Of a stretch of DNA of 27,596 nt, positions 21,688 to 27,596 are shown in pieces (position 1 is the first letter of the stretch; every line of letters starts with the position of its first letter). Origin of the DNA: Octopus sinensis (taxonomy: Eukaryota); the NCBI RefSeq assembly GCF_006345805.1, contig NW_021833324.1, forward strand, positions 1 through 27,596, read 5' to 3'. Made by a program: the position numbers and the translations under genes. The notes under the pieces are model-generated. The model searched no databases, was not told the DNA's origin, and saw nothing but the letters and a program-made list of their open reading frames with translations.

Positions 21688-24600
21688 TTATTTGTCAAAA
21701 TAAAAGAAAGCAAAAGATTGAGGTCCAAGAATAATTCCAAAAACCATCAAAGAATTGTCTGAAACATCCAAACCAAGAACTTCAGAGACTTCATTATCAT
21801 CCCGTCTGAGGAGTAAATATTTTGGATTATCTTTTAATCCCCGGATTTCATCATCTTCAGATGTTTCCTCTTCAATATGTCGAGGTATTTCGTAAATATT
21901 GTTTATTTTATCTGTTATATAAACACATTCACCAATTATGGTCAGACGAGCTCTTGGAATATAACATTCCAGAACATAAAACCTTCCTCCTCCTATTCTT
22001 ATCCTCCTCACCAAAGACTTTTCTCTGAACCATTCCACAAAACACAAAACTTCCCCCCCTCCAGACCCCTTCTCCTCCATCTCCTTCTTCAAAACAACAA
22101 CATCACCAAAAGATGTGACTCCCACATCATCCAACACCCCTTCATCTCCCTCCAACCTTCCCAATCTCCCCATCTTCCCACGACACACTTCATCTTTACA
22201 TTTCCCATCTTTGATATCAACCACATCCACATAATAAGGGTCAAAGATGAAGGAGTCTTTGCAATAATAGTAATCCTTGTTTTTCTCCCATATTCTTTTG
22301 TATTTCTTGTCTCTCTCTTCTTGAGTTATGTCTCTAATATAATGACCACCACACACGAGTTGATTGTCGTTGTATTTATATATCCTGTGGTAGTATTTCT
22401 CAGTTCTGATGGTTTTTAAACGACAGAGATCCCTGTTGAAGACCCTCATTTCTCTCCCAAAGGCGACAATGAAACGTTCCTCTGTCCACCGACATATGTC
22501 CAGTGCTGGTCGTTGTTGTTGTTCATGTTGAAGTATGTCCACTGTTGTTGTTGTTGTTCTGATTAATGTGACACTTTCTCGAAACATCAACACACTCACA
22601 TTCTCATCTAACTTAATTAGTTTACTGTTCCGGTCCCTAATGTCCCTCAAATCATAATCAACAGGTTCTTCGAATGCAGGAATGGAAAAAGGGACCATTG
22701 CTGTCCTATATGGAAGTCTCCTCACTAATATTTCATCAATTCCTGAATTATTAATCTCCGCTATGTAATTACCACATCTCACCTTTAATCTACCTTTACC
22801 AATTATTTCACCTGATTTACCTCTTCCTCTTCCTCCTCCATCTCCATCTCCTCCTCTGTATTCCAAGTTGTTAATTAATTCATTACTGAATATTTCCTTG
22901 TTCGTTTCAGATGTAATGGAAGGGAAACGAAGACCAGAATCAAGATTTAATGACGACACAGATTCCAGAATGTTCACTTGGTCCCCATCAATCTTTATGC
23001 AATGACATTCAATCAATTCATTATGTACACACCAGTAAATACCCACCACTTTTCTCCATATTACACCATAAGGGATGAGACTCGACCAAACTTGAGATGT
23101 CTGCAAATCTTCTCCATTCAGTTGAAATATTTCTTTCCTTTTAGGAACCGTGGCCATTATGTGTGATTCTTGTGTAAAACACACACCACCAACTAAACTT
23201 GCAACATTTCTGTGACGTAGCAACTGGCCGTCTTCATCGAATATTTTAACATTTCCATTATTGGCTTTTTCACACACAACTGTCTTTCCTTCCTCAGAGA
23301 CATCAAAATCTTTTACTTGAACAGGACATTCGTCTGTTTGTAAACGAGCAACCGGGAAGCTGTCTCGATTCACCATAAACAACCCTTCAACATACAATTC
23401 ATTCTCTCTTCCCCATTTCCCAAGGCTTCCAACAAACCTTGGTCCTTTACAGTCTATACTGGAGAATTCTACTTCATCTTTATAAATTCTTTTATTTAAA
23501 AATATTCTCTTGTATTCCCCATTCTGGGTCAAACACAAAATATTTCGATATCCAGATGAACCAAAACATTTCTCCCACCCACCATAAATGTACAAAAAAC
23601 TGTCATCAATTGTCATCCTGTCATCACCAAAATAATACTCCATGTAGTGTCTGACTGAATGTAAATATTGACCACCACTGTTGAAGAAAATGATGAATCT
23701 CCTGTTGAAGACAATGATGACATCTTCATCAGTAACTTTAATATCCTGGATTATATCAGAATAACCTCCATCTTCGTCTCTCCTTATTAATGGTTCAGGT
23801 ATGTCTACTTTTTTTATTTCCTTCACACTCGAATGTATTTCATCAATATCAACAAAATGCAAATGTCTTCCATCTCTCAATTCACTAAAAACCAGTTGAT
23901 TATTTGATAAAGAAGCCACACATTCATAATTATTTCTCGTTTGGTAACTTACCAACGACAATGGAAACTCCACTTTTAATGTCTGCAGTTGGTATTTATT
24001 ATTAAAAGGAACCTCAGTCGTAATGACCAGTGTGTTTGACTGCCATCGACACATTTTAATATAATCATAAACATTCACTTTGATTGAATCCAAAAGGTGA
24101 CCATCCAATGTGAATATCTTAATGTTTCCATTCTTCCTGTCACATCCTGCAATCAGATTATTTTCAGTAAGAACCAAACGTTTAATCTCCGCTGGTTCTT
24201 TGTCTCCCAAATGTTTAGGGAGAGGAATACGTCTGCCTTTATCAGAAACTGTCAGGTCCTGTAGATATAAAGTGGAAGACAACATTTCACTGAGAGAAAT
24301 GTGTCTGGAAAATACATCCACCAGGTCGATATAATAATTAAGTTGATTATTAGTAACGAGATCATTAACCAACAAATTCTGATCGTTTATGGCAAACATA
24401 CGGCTTCTGTCTATCAGATAAACAGACGTTTGGTCAATAGATCCACCTTGGAGACTGAGGGGACGTTTCACTTGGGACATTAAAACACTGGGGACCATCT
24501 GACGACCGCCATGACCACCACCACCTATTCTAGTGTTGTACTGAAAAGCTTTTCCCCTAGTAACAATTAATAGCTTTTCTGTTTTCTTGTCTATTGATAA

Positions 24601-26079
24601 TGATTTCACAAACACAGGGATATTAATTGTCTTAATTACTTCAACTTGATTATAATAATTGATGGCTAAAATGTCTAAATGTGATGGTTTATCACAATAA
24701 CAAACAATTTCACATTCACCCATCTTACATACCCGTACATAAGGCTGCCTTAATGATACACTTCTCACTGTCTTTGATAGGTTTCCGATGACCCTTAATT
24801 GTTTCTGTAGGGGTAATGTGACCCCTATATGATTACAATCCCATCGACATATATCTGTGGCTGTAGACGGCAGAGATAATTTGGACACAATGTCTCCTTC
24901 CTCAGTAATGTACATCAAACAATCATGTTTGATGTCGGACACCACCAACTGTCCATTGGACAGATTACATATTTCGCCAATGACAAGTTTTTGGTCATTC
25001 TCCTTTTCTTTGAGTTGTAGATTTAGATTTCTGATATAAGGACTTTTAATGGGTAAAAGACAGTCAGATGACCAGTCTTGATACTTGTAAAGAAGAACCC
25101 TGTTGAGTTGAGTGTCCGGGACATAAAGAGTTCCTTGGAAAACAGCAATGTGAGGGTGAACAGGGAAAGGCAGTTCCCACTGCCATTTCATTTGTCCATA
25201 TAGATCGTAACATCTGAGAACAGAGTGTCTCCTGAAGAGGACATAGAAATAAACATTATCAGAGTAGATGTGATGAGGGTAGCCATAGAATGGAAGGTAT
25301 TTTTGAAAAAGTTTTTCTCCACATGTGGAATAAAATACCATTTTATTTTCGTTTCCATCTACGACTACAAAATTAATTGGAGTTGCAGCAATGCTGACAT
25401 TATGATGTCCCAGAGAAATTCTTTCTGCGATGTCAACTTTATCTTCGTTGATCAATAGGATTTGGACCTCGCTTTTGTTTTCATTGGTGGTCACAGCTAA
25501 ATACTTATTTGATACAATATGACATATTTTCATGTAACCAGTTTGCACCTTTATTAAAGGGCCTTTTCTTAGTTCAGGACAGGTGATATACTGAAATCCT
25601 TTCATTTCACAATAAAATACCAGGAATCTGTTTGCGTTTATTCTACAACAGAAAGAAGGAAGCTCAAGGAAAACTGAATTATTTTGGTTAATTATTTCCC
25701 CGTTATCAGTGAATAATTTAGCTTTCTTGTTTTTGTAAATTATTAATATAGAAGATGTAGACATAGGTAGAATATTAGTAACATTGTAGCAATCCTCAAT
25801 ATAAATATAGTTGTTCAATGTTGGGGTCCATAGCTGGTGGTTATATGACTGCCTGGTCCAAAAGTCTTCATTTGTTCCAATGATATGAAGGACATCAAAA
25901 CAATCGGTTACAAAAATGTTTTCTTTGCCAACAGAAATATGGCGGCATTTCATGCCAATTTCTCTTGTTGTCACAGCACCTGTACCTGATATCCGATAAA
26001 TAATATGTCCCTGAAGGACATAAAAATGGTTTTGGTACACAGAGATGTGGCTTGGAATGTCCAGGGAATTGGTATCCAC
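21688..26079 (-). CDS. Main 1463-codon ORF of a large multi-beta-propeller protein (NHL/TolB-like repeats, resembling C-terminal domains of mollusc TRIM-like proteins); true frame begins further upstream
   Basis: 4.4-kb stop-free ORF in an AT-rich genome, with complex globular-type sequence. Recurrent blade motifs: VIGEICNLSNGQLVVSDIKHDCLMYITEEG, EIKRLVLTENNLIAGCDRKNGNIKIFTLDG, VKDFDVSEEGKTVVCEKANNGNVKIFDEDG, and D(I/M)CRW-type motifs about every 230-290 aa. The track start is a GTG; the frame is open to ~26121. Family assignment is from motif recognition only. Confidence 0.9.
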   Translation of the reverse strand: MDTNSLDIPSHISVYQNHFYVLQGHIIYRISGTGAVTTREIGMKCRHISVGKENIFVTDCFDVLHIIGTNEDFWTRQSYNHQLWTPTLNNYIYIEDCYNVTNILPMSTSSILIIYKNKKAKLFTDNGEIINQNNSVFLELPSFCCRINANRFLVFYCEMKGFQYITCPELRKGPLIKVQTGYMKICHIVSNKYLAVTTNENKSEVQILLINEDKVDIAERISLGHHNVSIAATPINFVVVDGNENKMVFYSTCGEKLFQKYLPFYGYPHHIYSDNVYFYVLFRRHSVLRCYDLYGQMKWQWELPFPVHPHIAVFQGTLYVPDTQLNRVLLYKYQDWSSDCLLPIKSPYIRNLNLQLKEKENDQKLVIGEICNLSNGQLVVSDIKHDCLMYITEEGDIVSKLSLPSTATDICRWDCNHIGVTLPLQKQLRVIGNLSKTVRSVSLRQPYVRVCKMGECEIVCYCDKPSHLDILAINYYNQVEVIKTINIPVFVKSLSIDKKTEKLLIVTRGKAFQYNTRIGGGGHGGRQMVPSVLMSQVKRPLSLQGGSIDQTSVYLIDRSRMFAINDQNLLVNDLVTNNQLNYYIDLVDVFSRHISLSEMLSSTLYLQDLTVSDKGRRIPLPKHLGDKEPAEIKRLVLTENNLIAGCDRKNGNIKIFTLDGHLLDSIKVNVYDYIKMCRWQSNTLVITTEVPFNNKYQLQTLKVEFPLSLVSYQTRNNYECVASLSNNQLVFSELRDGRHLHFVDIDEIHSSVKEIKKVDIPEPLIRRDEDGGYSDIIQDIKVTDEDVIIVFNRRFIIFFNSGGQYLHSVRHYMEYYFGDDRMTIDDSFLYIYGGWEKCFGSSGYRNILCLTQNGEYKRIFLNKRIYKDEVEFSSIDCKGPRFVGSLGKWGRENELYVEGLFMVNRDSFPVARLQTDECPVQVKDFDVSEEGKTVVCEKANNGNVKIFDEDGQLLRHRNVASLVGGVCFTQESHIMATVPKRKEIFQLNGEDLQTSQVWSSLIPYGVIWRKVVGIYWCVHNELIECHCIKIDGDQVNILESVSSLNLDSGLRFPSITSETNKEIFSNELINNLEYRGGDGDGGGRGRGKSGEIIGKGRLKVRCGNYIAEINNSGIDEILVRRLPYRTAMVPFSIPAFEEPVDYDLRDIRDRNSKLIKLDENVSVLMFRESVTLIRTTTTTVDILQHEQQQRPALDICRWTEERFIVAFGREMRVFNRDLCRLKTIRTEKYYHRIYKYNDNQLVCGGHYIRDITQEERDKKYKRIWEKNKDYYYCKDSFIFDPYYVDVVDIKDGKCKDEVCRGKMGRLGRLEGDEGVLDDVGVTSFGDVVVLKKEMEEKGSGGGEVLCFVEWFREKSLVRRIRIGGGRFYVLECYIPRARLTIIGECVYITDKINNIYEIPRHIEEETSEDDEIRGLKDNPKYLLLRRDDNEVSEVLGLDVSDNSLMVFGIILGPQSFAFFYFDK

Positions 26080-26082
26080 CTC

Positions 26083-26270
26083 AATAACTGCTGACCATCC
26101 ACATTGTAACAGGTAACCCTGTTAATATTGGAAAAGGATACTAAAAGTTTATTTTGTGCTCCTACAGCAATATCTGAAGGGGTTTCTTTGGTTATGAATT
26201 CGTATTTTATTCTATTCTCTTCCCAGTCAATGACGTATATGGTCCGACCAAACATTTCTACACCTATAGG
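26083..26270 (-). CDS. Middle segment of the same beta-propeller gene, between two -1 frameshifts
   Basis: Frame reads (P)IGVEMFGRTIYVIDWEENRIKYEFITKETPSDIAVGAQNKLLVSFSNINRVTCYNVDGQQL, which is blade-like. One extra T at 26083-26084 gives GQQLFEVDTNSLDIPSHISVY, paralleling GEKLFQKYLPFYGYPHHIYSD later in the protein. Confidence 0.75.
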
Positions 26271-27079
26271 TAGTTAGAATGTTCAAAATAAGAAACCAAG
26301 ATTAATCCTAGCTGAATTCTTTTGATTCGCAAACTTAAAGGGTTGATAATAAGAACCATTTTTCGGAAGGGCAGGGTGGCGAGGACTGTGTCTTCACTGA
26401 TTCTGGTAAAATCAGTGACAGAAGATGAGCAACGAACATCGTTTCTGTTGCCGTCTCTTGTTATACAACATATTGTCATACAGTGGCGGGAATATGTTAC
26501 AATACCCCCTTGTATGACAACAATATTGGATATTGGGTTGCTTAAGTCTTCACCAGATTCCTCAATCTCTACTTCTCTGGTCACAACTGGCCGAAGAGGC
26601 CGAAATTTTGTGGTTACTTTTGGTGGTTCAATGGTCTTGTGGTTGTATGGGTTACAGGTGACATAAATGTCAAAGAGTCTTTGTTGAAACCAATCAAGGT
26701 TTTGGTGAACAAAATCATTATTTTGTTTTGCAAATTCCAGAAATCTTGGCATTTTACATTTGATATTACGTAAAACTCGAGATCCATCTAAACTCAGAGA
26801 GTGCATGTGATTACATTTATCCTTTACATAATCTATAAACGTATTGATGTGGTCTGTTTTGATTAGTGTTCGGTAACATGTCACAATATGAAGGAAACTT
26901 GGTAACATGGACTTTTCCTGTTCTTTAGATTTCTTTGTGTCTTTTCTTTCCTGTTCTTCTCTTTTCTTTGTGTTTTGTGTATGTAATATTTGGGTAAGAT
27001 TTGGTGTAGTTTCCTTATAAATTGCTGTTGTGGCAGGAATGAGAGCCAACATTTTGTTTTCTTCATTAATCTTCTCCAT
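26264..27079 (-). CDS. N-terminal segment of the beta-propeller gene: charged/helical region followed by the start of the first propeller
   Basis: 271-aa ORF from an ATG with an in-frame upstream TAA. ISNIVVIQGGIVTYSRH...VTDFTRISEDTVLATLPFRKMVLII matches the downstream unit ATDICRWDCNHIGVTLPLQKQLRVI. Confidence 0.75.
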   Translation of the reverse strand: MEKINEENKMLALIPATTAIYKETTPNLTQILHTQNTKKREEQERKDTKKSKEQEKSMLPSFLHIVTCYRTLIKTDHINTFIDYVKDKCNHMHSLSLDGSRVLRNIKCKMPRFLEFAKQNNDFVHQNLDWFQQRLFDIYVTCNPYNHKTIEPPKVTTKFRPLRPVVTREVEIEESGEDLSNPISNIVVIQGGIVTYSRHCMTICCITRDGNRNDVRCSSSVTDFTRISEDTVLATLPFRKMVLIINPLSLRIKRIQLGLILVSYFEHSNYL

Positions 27080-27596
27080 TTTATGAATATAGAATTATTA
27101 TCTTTTTCTGTTAAATATATTCTTTTCTGTGGATTTTGTTTTCTTCCTTTCGAATACAATTTATCTCTTCAAAATTCACTAATTTTTACATGAAAGCTGA
27201 AATAAAATGAAAACTTTATTAGTTTTGTGAAAAGCTTTTGATAAAATAATATTTACTTGATTCATTCAAAGAATTTCAAGGAAAACACACATTTCATTAA
27301 ATATATTAACAAATTGTTTATTTGACAGTGAAGTTAAACATTTAAACTGTTTCAATGGAATAATCATTAGAAATAAAACTTGAAGATATAAATACACCAT
27401 TATCTTTATTGACTGAATATAAGTGATGGTGAAAGGTTTTGTAGTAAGAAGGAATATAAATATTTTGTTGAGGTTATTTCTACAGATATTATCGGTAGAA
27501 ATTATAGCCAGGACTGATTTCCGCTACAACATTTCATATCGAAATGTCAGACGGAAACAAACAATGAGATCAAAGAGAAAAACATCTGTTTTTTGT

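Noticed and set aside
21822-26666. Plus-strand ORFs of 60-180 aa opposite the propeller gene
   Set aside because: Antisense shadows of a long coding sequence.
27191-27215. Interferon-response-like element upstream of the propeller gene
   Set aside because: GAAA-gct-GAAA has the wrong spacing, and such motifs are expected by chance in AT-rich DNA.

Overview
Eukaryotic, AT-rich, microsatellite-dense DNA, most likely Octopus. This is inferred from tRNA-derived SINEs I recognise as octopus-type, including a CORE-like OR2-type SINE; no database was searched. 1-6.8 kb: SINE-derived and locally duplicated sequence, plus a perfect 133-bp palindrome carrying hammerhead-ribozyme motifs on both strands. 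6788-12665: a CpG-rich block built from several tandem-repeat families (139-, ~117-, ~224- and 231-bp units), flanked by two same-orientation pieces of a SINE. 12.7-18.4 kb: SINEs, non-autonomous Helitron-like elements, a second hammerhead-centred inverted repeat and a decayed mariner transposase. ~19.1-19.3 kb: a candidate promoter (E2F site, RFX X-box) and first exon. 21688-27079 (minus strand): one apparently intronless ~1800-aa gene with about six tandem NHL/TolB-like beta-propeller units, split in this sequence by two single-base frameshifts. Most short ORFs in the track are microsatellite artefacts.
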